A stretch of 64,000 bases of DNA, from positions 288,001 to 352,000 of the forward strand of contig CAWBVY010000004.1 in NCBI GenBank assembly GCA_963792415.1, given 5' to 3'. This stretch comes from Candidatus Deferrimicrobiaceae bacterium (lineage in GTDB: Bacteria; Desulfobacterota; Deferrimicrobia; Deferrimicrobiales; Deferrimicrobiaceae). Positions within the stretch are counted from its first letter, which is position 1. Each line of letters opens with the position of its first letter. This document shows positions 1 to 10,511 of the stretch, one piece after another. Under the pieces are notes generated by a model. The model was not told where the DNA came from, ran no database searches, and saw only the letters and a list, made by a program, of their open reading frames with translations. Position numbers and translations under genes: made by a program.

Positions 1-2670
1 GTGGAGTCGCTCTCCGCCTACGCCCGCCAGTTCCTCGAGCAGATGGAGAAGCCCGACGTCGACGTGATCGAGGGGCTTTCCCCCGCCATCTCGATCGAGC
101 AGAAGTCGGTCGGGAAGAATCCCCGCTCCACCGTCGGGACGGTCACGGAGATCTACGACTACCTGCGGCTGCTCTTCTCCTCGATCGGACGGGTCCACTG
201 TCCCTCCTGCGGGAAGGAGATCCGCCGCCAGACGGTGACGCAGATCGTCGACGCCGTGATGGCGATGGGAGACGGCGCGCGCGTCCAGCTGTGGGCGCCG
301 ATCGTCCGGGGGCGCAAGGGGGAGTACCGCAAGGAGCTCGCGAAGCTGTCCGGCGACGGCTTTTCCCGCGTGGTGGTGGACGGGGAGACGAGGGACCCCG
401 CGGAGCCGATCGCCCTCGACAAGCAGCGCAAGCACGACATCGACGTCGTCGTGGACCGCTTGAAGGTCTCGGAAGGATCCCGCGGCCGTTTGGCCGACTC
501 CGTCGCGCTCTGTCTCAAGCTGTCCGAGGGGCTGGTGCGCGTGGTCGACGGGCAGGGGAGCGGCACGATCTTCAGCGAGAAGTTCGCCTGCCCCGATTGC
601 GGCGTGAGCCTCCCCGAGGTCGTCCCGCGGCTGTTCTCCTTCAACAGTCCCCACGGCGCCTGCCCGGAGTGCGACGGGCTCGGGTCGACGATCTACTTCG
701 ACCCGGACCTCGTGGTCCCCGACCCCGGGAAGACGATCCACCAGGGGGCGATCGACCCGTGGAGCCGGCGCACCCAGATCTTCTACCGCCAGACGCTCGC
801 CTCCCTGGCGTCCCACTACCGATTTTCCCTCGACGTGCCGTTCGGAAAGCTCCCGGATCGGATCCGGCGCCTCGTCCTGTTCGGATCGGCCGGGGAGTCG
901 ATCCGGTTCGCCCTCGAGGAAGGTGACCGGCGCTTCTCCTTCACCAAGCCGTTCGAGGGGGTGGTGAACAACCTCGAGCGGCGCTTCCGGGAGACCGACT
1001 CCGAGGACGTGCGGGAAGAGCTCTCCCGGTACATGAACAACCGGCCGTGCCGGGCGTGCGGTGGGGCGCGCCTGAAAAAAGAGGCGCTGTGCGTCGCCGT
1101 GGGAGGGAAGGGGATCGACGGCGTGACCGCCCTGCCGGTCGAGGAGGCGCTCGCCTTCTTTCGCGGCCTTCCGCTGTCGGCCCGCGAGGAGGAGATCGCC
1201 TCCCGGATCCTGAAGGAGATCCGGTCGCGCCTCACCTTCCTCGCGAACGTCGGGCTCTCCTACCTCACGCTGTCGCGGGCCTCGGCGACCCTTTCCGGCG
1301 GCGAGGGGCAGCGGATCCGGCTGGCCACGCAGATCGGCGCGTCGCTGATGGGCGTCCTCTACATCCTCGACGAGCCGTCGATCGGGCTGCACCAGCGGGA
1401 CAACCGGCGGCTCCTGTCCACCCTTACCCGGCTGCGCGACCTGGGGAACACGGTGCTGGTGGTCGAGCACGACGAGGAGACGATCCGGACCGCGGATTAC
1501 GTGATCGACATGGGACCGGGGGCGGGGGAGCACGGCGGGCACGTGGTGGCGGCGGGCCCCCCGGAGGAGATCGTCCGGTGCGAGGCGTCGCTCACCGGGA
1601 GGTACCTCGCGGGGAAGAAGGAGATCCCCGTGCCGCGGGAGCGGCGCCGCTTCAACGGACACGCGCTGCGGCTCGAGGGGTGCCGGGCGAACAACCTGAA
1701 GGGGATCGACGTGTCGATCCCGCTCGGGGTCATCACGTGCGTCACCGGCGTCTCGGGCTCCGGCAAGTCGACGTTGATCCTCGACACCCTCTACAAGGCG
1801 CTCGCCCAGAAGCTCACCGGCGGACGGGAGCGGCCCGGGGAACACCGGTCGCTGTCGGGGCTGGAACACGTCGACAAGGTGATCCACATCGACCAGTCCC
1901 CCATCGGACGCACCCCGCGATCGAACCCGGCGACCTACTCCGGCGTCTTCACGCCGATCCGGGACCTGTTCGCGATGCTCCCCGAGAGCAAATCCCGCGG
2001 GTACCGTCCCGGGCGCTACTCCTTCAACGTGCGAGGGGGGCGGTGCGAGGCGTGCGAGGGGGACGGGATCATAAAGATCGAGATGCACTTCATGCCGGAC
2101 GTCTACGTCACGTGCGAGGAGTGCCGGGGGCGGCGGTACAATCGGGAGACGCTCGAGGTCGCCTACAAGGGGAAGAGCGTCGCGGACGTCCTCGAGATGA
2201 CGGTCGACCAGGCGCTGGCGTTCCTTTCCCCCATCCCGCCGATCCGGCACAAGCTGGAGACGCTGTCGCGCGTCGGGCTGGGGTACATCCGGCTGGGGCA
2301 GTCGGCCACCACGCTGTCGGGTGGGGAGGCGCAGCGGGTGAAGCTCGCACGGGAGCTGTCGCGCCGGGCGACGGGGAAGACGGTCTACCTGCTCGACGAG
2401 CCGACGACCGGGCTCCACTTCGACGACATCTCGAAGCTCCTCGCCGTCCTCCACCTCTTCGCGGACGCGGGGAACACGGTGATCATCATCGAGCACAACC
2501 TCGATGTCATCAAGTCGGCGGACCACATAATCGATCTGGGACCGGAAGGGGGCGACGCCGGCGGCGAGATCGTCGCGCGCGGCACCCCCGAGGAGGTTGC
2601 GGAAAACCCGCGCTCCTTCACCGGTCACTTCCTGCGCCGGGTTCTCCACCTCCCCGCCGCCGCGGGCTGA
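1..2670 (+). CDS. uvrA: Excinuclease ABC subunit A, 5'-truncated by window edge
   Basis: [20 protein letters not shown], two ABC signatures ([24 protein letters not shown]), Walker A GVSGSGKS, CxxC zinc fingers. Confidence 0.98.
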   Translation: MESLSAYARQFLEQMEKPDVDVIEGLSPAISIEQKSVGKNPRSTVGTVTEIYDYLRLLFSSIGRVHCPSCGKEIRRQTVTQIVDAVMAMGDGARVQLWAPIVRGRKGEYRKELAKLSGDGFSRVVVDGETRDPAEPIALDKQRKHDIDVVVDRLKVSEGSRGRLADSVALCLKLSEGLVRVVDGQGSGTIFSEKFACPDCGVSLPEVVPRLFSFNSPHGACPECDGLGSTIYFDPDLVVPDPGKTIHQGAIDPWSRRTQIFYRQTLASLASHYRFSLDVPFGKLPDRIRRLVLFGSAGESIRFALEEGDRRFSFTKPFEGVVNNLERRFRETDSEDVREELSRYMNNRPCRACGGARLKKEALCVAVGGKGIDGVTALPVEEALAFFRGLPLSAREEEIASRILKEIRSRLTFLANVGLSYLTLSRASATLSGGEGQRIRLATQIGASLMGVLYILDEPSIGLHQRDNRRLLSTLTRLRDLGNTVLVVEHDEETIRTADYVIDMGPGAGEHGGHVVAAGPPEEIVRCEASLTGRYLAGKKEIPVPRERRRFNGHALRLEGCRANNLKGIDVSIPLGVITCVTGVSGSGKSTLILDTLYKALAQKLTGGRERPGEHRSLSGLEHVDKVIHIDQSPIGRTPRSNPATYSGVFTPIRDLFAMLPESKSRGYRPGRYSFNVRGGRCEACEGDGIIKIEMHFMPDVYVTCEECRGRRYNRETLEVAYKGKSVADVLEMTVDQALAFLSPIPPIRHKLETLSRVGLGYIRLGQSATTLSGGEAQRVKLARELSRRATGKTVYLLDEPTTGLHFDDISKLLAVLHLFADAGNTVIIIEHNLDVIKSADHIIDLGPEGGDAGGEIVARGTPEEVAENPRSFTGHFLRRVLHLPAAAG

Positions 2671-3525
2671 TCAGCGTTCCTCCCCCGGCCCCCGGAACCT
2701 GGCCCACTCCCAGGCGAGGATCGCCTTCTTCCGGGTCCCACCCCCGCCGTATCCCCCGAAGGCCCCCGTTTTCCGGAGGACCCGGTGGCACGGGATGAGG
2801 AAGGCGACGGGGTTCCGTCCCACGGCGTTTCCGACGGCGCGCACCGCTTTCGGCGTGCCGATTCGTGCGGCGACGTCCTCGTAGGCGACGACTCTGCCCG
2901 CAGGGATCCGGAGGAGGGCTTCCCAGACCTTGATCTGGAAGTTGGTTCCCTTGACGATCACGTTCAGCGGTGGGGTGCCCGCCTGCCCCGGGGAGGCGAA
3001 GATACGGTCCGCCACGGGTTTCGTGGCCTTCGGGTCTTCGACGAGCCTCGACCCCGCCCACTCCTTCCGGAGCGCTTCCACCGCTTCCCGGGCGCCGCGC
3101 TGCCCCAGGAACGACAGCGCGCAGATTCCCTTGCCGGTGATCGCGAGCAGGAAGTCTCCGAAGGGGCCCCGGTGGACTCCGTGGCGGATCGTGAGACCCG
3201 CTCCCTCCTCTTTCAATTCCCCCGGGGTGACGGCGTAGACGTTTACGATCAGGTCGTGAAGCCGTCCCGACCCCGAAAGCCCGGCCTCCCAGGCGGCCTC
3301 GAGCACGCTCGGCGACTCCCTGAGCAACCCCCTGGCGTACTCCGCGGTCAGAAACTGGAGGAACCGTTTCGGGCTGATTCCGGCCCACCTCGTGAAGAGG
3401 CGATGGAAGTGGTACTCGCTGAGCCCCGCCTTCCCGGCCACTTCCTTCAGGCTCGGCTGTCTTCGGAAGCCCTGGTCGAGAAAAAGGATCGCTTTTTCGA
3501 TCCGCGCGTAATCCATCGGGCGCAT
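2671..3525 (-). CDS. AraC-HTH / O6-methylguanine-DNA methyltransferase fusion (Ada-like, no N-terminal Zn domain)
   Basis: LSEYHFHRLFTRWAGISPK AraC HTH; active-site IPCHRV; GTNFQIKVWEAL. Confidence 0.92.
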   Translation of the reverse strand: MRPMDYARIEKAILFLDQGFRRQPSLKEVAGKAGLSEYHFHRLFTRWAGISPKRFLQFLTAEYARGLLRESPSVLEAAWEAGLSGSGRLHDLIVNVYAVTPGELKEEGAGLTIRHGVHRGPFGDFLLAITGKGICALSFLGQRGAREAVEALRKEWAGSRLVEDPKATKPVADRIFASPGQAGTPPLNVIVKGTNFQIKVWEALLRIPAGRVVAYEDVAARIGTPKAVRAVGNAVGRNPVAFLIPCHRVLRKTGAFGGYGGGGTRKKAILAWEWARFRGPGEER

Positions 3526-3643
3526 GATCCCCCTCCTCCCCGTTGTACGCTCCCGATTTCCACGATGACATCCGGAGGATGGGAGATCAATCCGGTTCTT
3601 GCGCTCCCGGAAATGCGAAGAGGGCGGGGGCGACCCGCCGGGA

Positions 3644-4195
3644 TCAGGCCGCGGACGGTTTCTTCGCGCCGCTCCCGTTGCCGTTGTGCAGCTTGCGAAC
3701 GATTTCCTCGGGGAAGAGGTGGTCCACTTCCTTCGCTACCACGTCGAGGATCGGGTGGGTCCGGTTCTCGTCCGCAAGGCACCACACCTCGTCCATGTCC
3801 TCGTCGACGGTCAGCACGCCCTCCGAGACCACGAGCGGGAACATGATGCAGAAGCGCGGCTTGAACTCCCACTCGTGTCTCCCCCGGTCGATCGCCGCCT
3901 TCTGCAGGGAGCAGCCGTGGGCCGGATGGAAGAAGACGCACGCGTCGCCGACCACGGTCGTCTCGACCGCCGTGCCGCTCGGGCAGTCGGAATCTTTCGT
4001 CGTCTCTCCGAACCAGAGGGAAGGGTTTCTCGCCTCCTCCCGGACGTACGGGAGGAAGAGGTCGGCGTGCCGCAGGATCAGTTCCCGCTCCCCGATGTCG
4101 GCCCATACGCCGTGCCGGCAGCATCGGCTCTTGCACCGGTCGAGCGCGCAGTGGTGGGGGAACTTCGCGTGAAATACGTGCGGGTCGATCTTCAT
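3644..4195 (-). CDS. Cys-cluster protein (DUF3109/YkgJ-like)
   Basis: ATG at 4195; CxxxCC..G, CVFF..GCSL and KPRFCIMFP motifs. Confidence 0.7.
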   Translation of the reverse strand: MKIDPHVFHAKFPHHCALDRCKSRCCRHGVWADIGERELILRHADLFLPYVREEARNPSLWFGETTKDSDCPSGTAVETTVVGDACVFFHPAHGCSLQKAAIDRGRHEWEFKPRFCIMFPLVVSEGVLTVDEDMDEVWCLADENRTHPILDVVAKEVDHLFPEEIVRKLHNGNGSGAKKPSAA

Positions 4196-4380
4196 CGGGG
4201 AACACCTTTCCAATGTCCGTAAAATTGTCCGCGCATGCGGCGTGCCTTTTTCCCATTCTATTCGCGCGAACGTCCGCGGGCAAGGCCGGGGGGAGTTTTT
4301 CCTCCCCCGAGCGTGAAAAAAAGTACGCCACTCGCGGCGGCGCCCGGCGCGAGGGGTTGCGGAAGAAGTCGGACGGCAAC

Positions 4381-4410
4381 GAAAAGGGGCTCCCGGAGGA
4401 GCCCCTTTTC
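4381..4410. terminator. Intrinsic terminator downstream of atpE
   Basis: Perfect inverted repeat GAAAAGGGGCTCC-CGGA-GGAGCCCCTTTTC. Confidence 0.85.
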
Positions 4411-4438
4411 GCAAGATCCGTTTTCGTCGCGCGCCGGG

Positions 4439-4771
4439 CTACAGCTTCCCGACGAGGACGAACGCGATGACCAGCGCGTAGATGACGAGGGACTCGATCA
4501 GCGCGAGTCCGACGATCATCGGGATGAAGATCTTGTTCTGGGCGGAAGGGTTGCGCGCGATCCCCTCCAGCCCGGCTGCGATGGCTTTGCCCTGGCCCAT
4601 CGCGCCGCCGAACGCGGCGATCGCGATGCCGAACCCTGCCGCCAGAGCGATGACGGCCTTCACGTTGGAATCGCCGCCCGCGGCGGGAGTGCCTTCCGCC
4701 GCCAAAGCCACCGACGCCACTGCCACGAAGAGCAGAGCGACGAGGAAAGAGAAAGTGAACCTGCGGAACAT
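4439..4771 (-). CDS. atpE: F0F1 ATP synthase subunit c with N-terminal signal-like extension
   Basis: GQGK..ARNP loop and LALIESLVIY with the ion-binding Glu. Confidence 0.95.
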   Translation of the reverse strand: MFRRFTFSFLVALLFVAVASVALAAEGTPAAGGDSNVKAVIALAAGFGIAIAAFGGAMGQGKAIAAGLEGIARNPSAQNKIFIPMIVGLALIESLVIYALVIAFVLVGKL

Positions 4772-4864
4772 TGGGTGTTCCCCCTTTCAGGATGTCCCCG
4801 GGAGCCGGTTCCGCCCGGCGGCCGGGGTGAAGCCTTTATCATCGACCGGGGGGTCACCCCCGGA

Positions 4865-5620
4865 TCAATGCTCCTCCGCGTGCGTCACGGCCCCCGAAAT
4901 GTAGATCATCGAGAGCACGGTGAAGATGAACGCCTGCATGAACGAAACGAAGACGCCGAGGCCCATGAAGACCGAGGGGACGACGATGGGGATGAGCGCC
5001 ATGAAACCGGCCACCACCGCGTGGTCGCCCGTGATGTTCCCGAAGAGACGGAGGGAGAGCGACATCGGCCGCGCCAGGTGGGAGATGATCTCGATCGGAA
5101 GCATGATCGGCGCCATCCACCACACGGGGCCGAGGAAATGCTTGAGGTAGGCGATCCCGTTCTCCCGCAGCCCGAAGTAGTGGGTCGACAGGAAGATGAC
5201 GAGCGCGAGGCCGAGGGTGATGTTCATCTTCTGCGTGGGCGGGAGGAACCCCGGGATGAGCCCGATGAGGTTCATGAACAGGATGAAGAGGAAGCAGGTC
5301 CCCAGGAGCGGGAGGTACTTTCTGTAATGGTGCCCGATGATGTCCTCGGCCAGTTGCTGGAGGAACCCCAGGATCAGCTCGAAGAGGTTGCGCAGCGTGA
5401 ACCGGGTGTCGGGGATCACCATCTCTTCCGTCTTCTTCCCCCCGACGACCACCGCCGCCGCGACGAGCAGGAAGACGGCGATGAAGACCGCCGCGTATAT
5501 GTAGAAGAGGTGTTCCCCTCCAGGCAGCATCATGAACCAGGAGAACCCGTGGCCTCCCGCCGCCAGCGCCGTCGTCGGCAGCGCCGCGACGGCCAGGAGC
5601 CCGAGAATTGCTTTCCGCAT
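4865..5620 (-). CDS. atpB: F0F1 ATP synthase subunit a
   Basis: ARPMSLSLRLFGNI and QAFIFTVLSMIYI motifs; start set at MRKAIL. Confidence 0.95.
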   Translation of the reverse strand: MRKAILGLLAVAALPTTALAAGGHGFSWFMMLPGGEHLFYIYAAVFIAVFLLVAAAVVVGGKKTEEMVIPDTRFTLRNLFELILGFLQQLAEDIIGHHYRKYLPLLGTCFLFILFMNLIGLIPGFLPPTQKMNITLGLALVIFLSTHYFGLRENGIAYLKHFLGPVWWMAPIMLPIEIISHLARPMSLSLRLFGNITGDHAVVAGFMALIPIVVPSVFMGLGVFVSFMQAFIFTVLSMIYISGAVTHAEEH

Positions 5621-5649
5621 CGTTCCTACCCCCGTCGATCGCGAAACGA

Positions 5650-6045
5650 TCACGCGTTTGGTTCGAACGACCTCGCCAGCGCCTCGAGGAGGATCCCGAG
5701 GAAGAGCGAGGAGAGCCCGAGCAGAAACCCCAAAAGGTCGAACCCGCCGTACCGGACGACGAGGTAGACGACACCGATCAACCCCAGGAACTTCAGCGCG
5801 TACTGGACGACGAACCCCTTGGAGACCGCCCCCCCGCCCGAGAACGCCCTCTCCAGGATCTTCCTTATGAGGAAGAAGTTTCCGCACGCGATGCCGGCCC
5901 CGCAAACCGCTCCGGGGAGCATCGAGACGCTCGCCGCTCCCGTCGCGACCGCGACCCCGATCCCCGCGAGGATCAGCCCCGCCGAGAGGAAGATCCGGTT
6001 CGTCAGCGCCCGCAGCGACAACCGGTCCGGGGCGTCACGACCCAC
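5650..6045 (-). CDS. atpI: ATP synthase protein I
   Basis: Four hydrophobic segments; located upstream of atpB. Confidence 0.75.
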   Translation of the reverse strand: MGRDAPDRLSLRALTNRIFLSAGLILAGIGVAVATGAASVSMLPGAVCGAGIACGNFFLIRKILERAFSGGGAVSKGFVVQYALKFLGLIGVVYLVVRYGGFDLLGFLLGLSSLFLGILLEALARSFEPNA

Positions 6046-6301
6046 CGGGCTTCCTCCGCCGCTCCTCTTCCCGCTCCAGGTCTTTCCCGGACCGCACGGC
6101 GGCGCGGTAGAGGCTGCGCACCCCGGCGGCGAACCCGAGACCGATCCAGACGATCATCAGCCACGGCTCCGTCCCGAGCCAGCGGTCGAGGTAGTACCCG
6201 ATCCCCATCCCGATCACGACCGACAGCGCCATCTCGAGCCCGAGGGCGCTGTACTTCCCCAGTTCCCGGAAGAACGCCTTTCGGTCCTGTCGGTCGGTCA
6301 T
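6035..6301 (-). CDS. AtpZ/AtpI family protein
   Basis: GYYLDRWLGTEPW motif, two TM helices. Confidence 0.85.
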   Translation of the reverse strand: MTDRQDRKAFFRELGKYSALGLEMALSVVIGMGIGYYLDRWLGTEPWLMIVWIGLGFAAGVRSLYRAAVRSGKDLEREEERRRKPGGS

Positions 6302-6353
6302 GAGGGCAAACGCCGGATATTTATCACAGGATCCGGGAACGCGTCAACGGAAA

Positions 6354-7646
6354 TCAGAGCGTGGCCAGGACGGCTTTGGCGGCGGCGATCGTCCGGTCGA
6401 GGTCCCGCTTCGTGTGCGCCAGGGAGACGAACCCCGCCTCGAACTGGGACGGCGCGAGGTAGACCCCGCGGGAGAGCATCCCGTGGAACCAGGCCGCGTA
6501 CCGTTTCGTGTCGCTCCGCTTCGCCGAGGCGTAGTCCGTCACCGGGCCCTTCTGAAAGAAGGTCGTCCCCATCGAGCCCACGCGGTTCGTCCAGGTCGGG
6601 ACGCCGGAGGCTTTGATCGCCTTCGCCATCCCCTCCGCGAGGTAATCCGCCTTCGCGTTCAGTTCCTTGTAGGCCCCCCTGCGGGAAAGTTCCGTGAGCG
6701 CGGCGATCCCCGCCGCCACGGCGAGCGGATTCCCGGAAAGGGTCCCCGCCTGGTAGACCGGGCCGACCGGCGAGAGGGCGTCCATGATCTCCTTCCGCCC
6801 GCCGAAGGCCCCCACCGGGAGGCCGCCGCCGATGATCTTGCCGAGGATCGTCAGGTCGGGAACGACACCGAGCAGTTCCTGCGCCCCGCCGAACGCGACG
6901 CGGAACCCCGAGATCACCTCGTCGAAGACGAGGAGCGCCCCATGCTTCTTCGCAAGCGCCTGCAGTTCGGCCAGGAAGCCGGGCTCGGGGGGGACCACTC
7001 CCATGTTGCCGGGAATCGGCTCCACGAAGATCGCCGCGACCTGCTTCCGGTTTTTCTCGAGGAGCCTCCGCACGGAGGCGATGTCGTTGAAGGCGGCGGT
7101 CAAGGTGAGTTTCGCCAGCACCGCCGGGACGCCGGGGGAGTCGGGCTGGCCGAAGGTGAGGACCCCCGAGCCGGCTTTCACCAGCATCGAATCGGCGTGG
7201 CCGTGGTACCCGCCTTCGAACTTGATGATCTTGTCCCTCCCCGTGTACCCCCGTGCCAGCCGCATCGCGCTCATCGCCGCCTCGGTCCCGGAGGAGACGA
7301 GGCGGACCTTCTCGACGGAGGGGAACGCCTTGCGGATCAGGTGCGCGAGCCCCACCTCTCCCGGCGTGGGAGCCCCGTAGCTCGTTCCCCGGCCGGCGGC
7401 CTTCTTGATGGCGGAGACGACCGCGGGGGGAGCGTGCCCGAGGATCATCGGGCCCCACGACCCGACGTAGTCGATGAAGGTGTTCCCGTCCACGTCGCGG
7501 ACGGAGGAGCCCTTCGCGCTCTCTATGAACAGGGGGGTCCCCCCGACGGAGCCGAACGCGCGGACGGGGGAGTTCACGCCTCCGGGGATCATCGTTTTCG
7601 CAAGGGCGAACAGCTTGCTCGAGGTGCTCGTCGTCAGGCGGGGCAC
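6354..7646 (-). CDS. hemL: Glutamate-1-semialdehyde 2,1-aminomutase
   Basis: PGGVNSPVRAF, GKIIGGGLPVGA (PLP Lys), YQAGTLSGNP. Confidence 0.98.
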   Translation of the reverse strand: MPRLTTSTSSKLFALAKTMIPGGVNSPVRAFGSVGGTPLFIESAKGSSVRDVDGNTFIDYVGSWGPMILGHAPPAVVSAIKKAAGRGTSYGAPTPGEVGLAHLIRKAFPSVEKVRLVSSGTEAAMSAMRLARGYTGRDKIIKFEGGYHGHADSMLVKAGSGVLTFGQPDSPGVPAVLAKLTLTAAFNDIASVRRLLEKNRKQVAAIFVEPIPGNMGVVPPEPGFLAELQALAKKHGALLVFDEVISGFRVAFGGAQELLGVVPDLTILGKIIGGGLPVGAFGGRKEIMDALSPVGPVYQAGTLSGNPLAVAAGIAALTELSRRGAYKELNAKADYLAEGMAKAIKASGVPTWTNRVGSMGTTFFQKGPVTDYASAKRSDTKRYAAWFHGMLSRGVYLAPSQFEAGFVSLAHTKRDLDRTIAAAKAVLATL

Positions 7647-7694
7647 GGGGGGATCGGCCTCCTTCGCGGGATGGGATGCGTCGCAGGAGGTGGA

Positions 7695-7723
7695 ATTCTA
7701 GCCCCACGGGATCGAAGTGTCAA
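7695..7723 (-). promoter_or_regulatory. sigma70 promoter for hemL
   Basis: Minus-strand TTGACA-17 nt-TAGAAT. Confidence 0.8.
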
Positions 7724-7891
7724 GGTAAACCGCGGGATTTCCGCAGGATTCTCCAATATTGCAAAACGCCATTATAGAATCGCTTGACACGATGGGTGGC
7801 CAGGAGGTACAAGAGGAGTTTCCCCCCCGTTTCCGCAGTTTCATGTTTTATTCTCTGTCTTCCCAAGGGACGGGGTGAAAGGGGTGTCCGT

Positions 7892-8290
7892 GTGAGCATC
7901 GAGGACAAGGAGTTGATCGAAACGCGTTTCGGGCCGCTCTGGTCCGGGAAGACCGAGATCGCCTCCCGTGGCGGGGTGCGGACGTTCCGCGACGTGAGAC
8001 GCGCGCTCGACCTGGCGGGAGAGGACGTGATGTCGATCGACCTCCACGAATTGCCTGACGGGAACTTCGCCTACCGCTACTATGACGGCGACGACCGCCG
8101 GGTCGTGGTCCTGGTCTGCGACGCGGAAGGGGGGATCCTCGAGGAGCACCGGGCGCACATCGCGGAGTGGCTGGGGGATCTCTACTACGAAAGCGGCGCA
8201 CTCGCCTACGACGCGGACGCGATGCTCCACCTCCTCCGGAAAAAGAGCGAGGAGGGCGGGGCGCCCTCCGGGGAGGCGGGCCAATGTTGA
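7892..8290 (+). CDS. Hypothetical protein (132 aa)
   Basis: GTG start after a purine-rich tract; protein-like composition; overlaps the next gene. Confidence 0.7.
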   Translation: MSIEDKELIETRFGPLWSGKTEIASRGGVRTFRDVRRALDLAGEDVMSIDLHELPDGNFAYRYYDGDDRRVVVLVCDAEGGILEEHRAHIAEWLGDLYYESGALAYDADAMLHLLRKKSEEGGAPSGEAGQC

Positions 8291-8658
8291 TCTGCCGCAA
8301 GACCCAACTGCGGGAGTCCGCCGCCCAGTGGAACCTCGACGCGCTGGTAGAGAAGCAGGGGAGCGGCACGCTCCCCTGCTTTGTCGCCGTGCTCACCTCG
8401 TATTGCACCGTCCAGGCCCCCAACACGGAGGACGGAGAGGCGATCCTCGGGGACGTGGCCGGGGCGCTGGGCGTCCCCCCGTCTTCTCCCCCGCAGATGG
8501 GGAAGGGCGGCTCGTGCGGCGGGGAGGACGAGGACGGGGAGTTCGCCTTCACGGGGTCGATGATCTCCGCCACCTGGGAATTCCCGAAGGAGCGAAGAAA
8601 TGCCGTTCTCGCCTCCTTCCGCGGGCTCTTCGCCCTGGCGAAAGTGGCCTCAAGATGA
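8284..8658 (+). CDS. Hypothetical Cys-containing protein (124 aa)
   Basis: ATG after GGAGG; overlaps both neighbours. Confidence 0.65.
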   Translation: MLICRKTQLRESAAQWNLDALVEKQGSGTLPCFVAVLTSYCTVQAPNTEDGEAILGDVAGALGVPPSSPPQMGKGGSCGGEDEDGEFAFTGSMISATWEFPKERRNAVLASFRGLFALAKVASR

Positions 8659-10022
8659 ACTCGTACGTCGAGCTCGTGCGCCGCCGCCTCGAGGACCGGG
8701 GGAACAACATCGTCGGGAACCTCGAACGATTCATGGAACCGCAGCTGCGGTTCACGATGCGGATCTTCGGCGACTGCCTCGACGAGGAGACCCGCGGGAA
8801 GATGTTCGAAGGGTACAGCGAGCACATGTCCGAGAAGGAGCTGCGCTCGTTCGCAGGTGATTTCGTCCCCGCCTACACCGCATATGCGATCGCCGAGCTC
8901 GAGGAGAAAAAGAAGGACGGCGAGCGGCACGAACCCCCCTTCCTTACCCAGGAGGAGTACCAGGAGATGGCGGTCCGGGAGAAGTGGCCCCGGATCGCGG
9001 CGCACATGGACTTTGTTCCCCCCCTCCAGCTGCGCCGCGAGGTCGCGCGCGCGGCGATGCTGTTCCTCCCCGGGATGCTCTCCGACCCCGGGTTCAACGA
9101 GGGGGTCCTCGAGTTCTCCCTCTATTTCGACCTCCTGCAGCGGCTGCGCCCCGTCCCCGAACCGCGGCTGTGGGAAGCGGCCGGGGAGATCGCCCCGCGG
9201 ATCGCCGCGGCCGTCGCGGCGGCGTCGGAGGGGGAGCGGGAGACGCTCCTCCGGGAGATCCGCACCGCGGCGGCGGGGGCGGCGGGGCTGCCCGCCGATC
9301 CGGAGACGCTGCTGGGCCCCCCGATGGAGAAGTACCCGCGGGAGGTCCCGCCGGAATACCGCCTCAGGGAACTGAAGAACACCCTTGCCACGATGACCCT
9401 GAAGGACCTTCGCCTCACCGCGCTGGTCCACCTCGACCTGCTGACCGTCGAGGAGACCCGGCGGATCGTTCTCCCCTTCCTCGCGAAGTTCCCCTCCTTC
9501 TATGAAATGCCTTCGAAGGGGCTGCGGGAGATGATCCTGGCCGTCGCGGCGGGCGTGGACGGCCGGTCGATCACGTACTTCATCGAGCGGTACGGCTCCG
9601 GCTGGCTGGCGATGACGAAGCCGGTCGACTACATCGTATGGAAGCTGATGCCCGAGGAGGAGCGGGTCGACGCGCTCCGGCGGGACAACGAGCGGATGGA
9701 CGCCGCGATGATGGCGCGCCACCTGGCCCGGTACCTCCATTCGGAGAGCGAGCAGGACCTGTCGGACGCCGGGAAGCAGATCGCCCTGCTGACGGACGCG
9801 CGCTTCGTATCGGACCACGGGGCGATCCTCACGCGCCTGGGGGCGGAAAGGGAGGGGGAGCGGATCAAGCGGCTCTACGACACCGTGACGCTGTCGTCCG
9901 CCCGGATGGCGGGGAAACGCGCGGAAGAACGCGAGTCGGCGTACCAGGCGATCCGCGGTTTGATCGCCGACGCGGCGGGAGTCTCCGCCGCGACCAATGA
10001 GGAGGAGGGCAGCGACGGATGA
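8655..10022 (+). CDS. Hypothetical alpha-helical protein (455 aa)
   Basis: ATGA overlap with the upstream gene; strong GC3 coding pattern; no family recognised. Confidence 0.8.
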   Translation: MNSYVELVRRRLEDRGNNIVGNLERFMEPQLRFTMRIFGDCLDEETRGKMFEGYSEHMSEKELRSFAGDFVPAYTAYAIAELEEKKKDGERHEPPFLTQEEYQEMAVREKWPRIAAHMDFVPPLQLRREVARAAMLFLPGMLSDPGFNEGVLEFSLYFDLLQRLRPVPEPRLWEAAGEIAPRIAAAVAAASEGERETLLREIRTAAAGAAGLPADPETLLGPPMEKYPREVPPEYRLRELKNTLATMTLKDLRLTALVHLDLLTVEETRRIVLPFLAKFPSFYEMPSKGLREMILAVAAGVDGRSITYFIERYGSGWLAMTKPVDYIVWKLMPEEERVDALRRDNERMDAAMMARHLARYLHSESEQDLSDAGKQIALLTDARFVSDHGAILTRLGAEREGERIKRLYDTVTLSSARMAGKRAEERESAYQAIRGLIADAAGVSAATNEEEGSDG

Positions 10023-10225
10023 TCTTCGAATATATGGACAGGATGGTGATGTTCCAGGACACGCCGGAAGGGTTGACGGCGGACATGGCGTGGCTGAAGG
10101 AGGCCGGGGAGAACGGCTGGGAGCTTGTGACCTCCGTCCCCCTGATCGCCCCGAACCGGGACGGGATCGCCTACGGGACGGTGGGGTGCCAGATGGTCCT
10201 GAAACGTTCCAAACAGACGCAATGA
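10019..10225 (+). CDS. Small DUF4177-like protein
   Basis: ATGA overlap; LKEAGENGWELVT motif. Confidence 0.65.
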   Translation: MIFEYMDRMVMFQDTPEGLTADMAWLKEAGENGWELVTSVPLIAPNRDGIAYGTVGCQMVLKRSKQTQ

Positions 10226-10265
10226 GCGGAGAGATCAAAATGTGTTTTATCTGCAAAAAAAGGGC

Positions 10266-10296
10266 TTGACACAAAACGGCGTGTTGCTGTATTAAT
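10266..10296 (+). promoter_or_regulatory. Probable sigma70 promoter of the CoA-transferase operon
   Basis: TTGACA at 10266 then AT-rich TATTAAT about 18 nt downstream, in an AT-rich intergenic region. Confidence 0.55.
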
Positions 10297-10511
10297 AAAA
10301 CACGTTTATAAAGCCACGCCGGCCATATCGTGGAACATCCCGATTTTCGGCGGTTTTTTCTACCCGCCAAATCGCTCCATCCAAGGAGATGGCGTCCTTG
10401 AAAATTTACGGGAAGGGGGGATAACGGCGAGAGAAAAAAATATCGTTCATCGGTTCTCAACGTTTCATGCGTTACAGGCACGGAAAGCAAATTTCTAGAA
10501 GGAGGGGAAGC

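Noticed and set aside
10222-10269. 15-codon ORF MSGEIKMCFICKKRA coupled by an ATGA overlap
   Set aside because: Too short, no SD, and it overlaps the promoter -35 element; could be chance.
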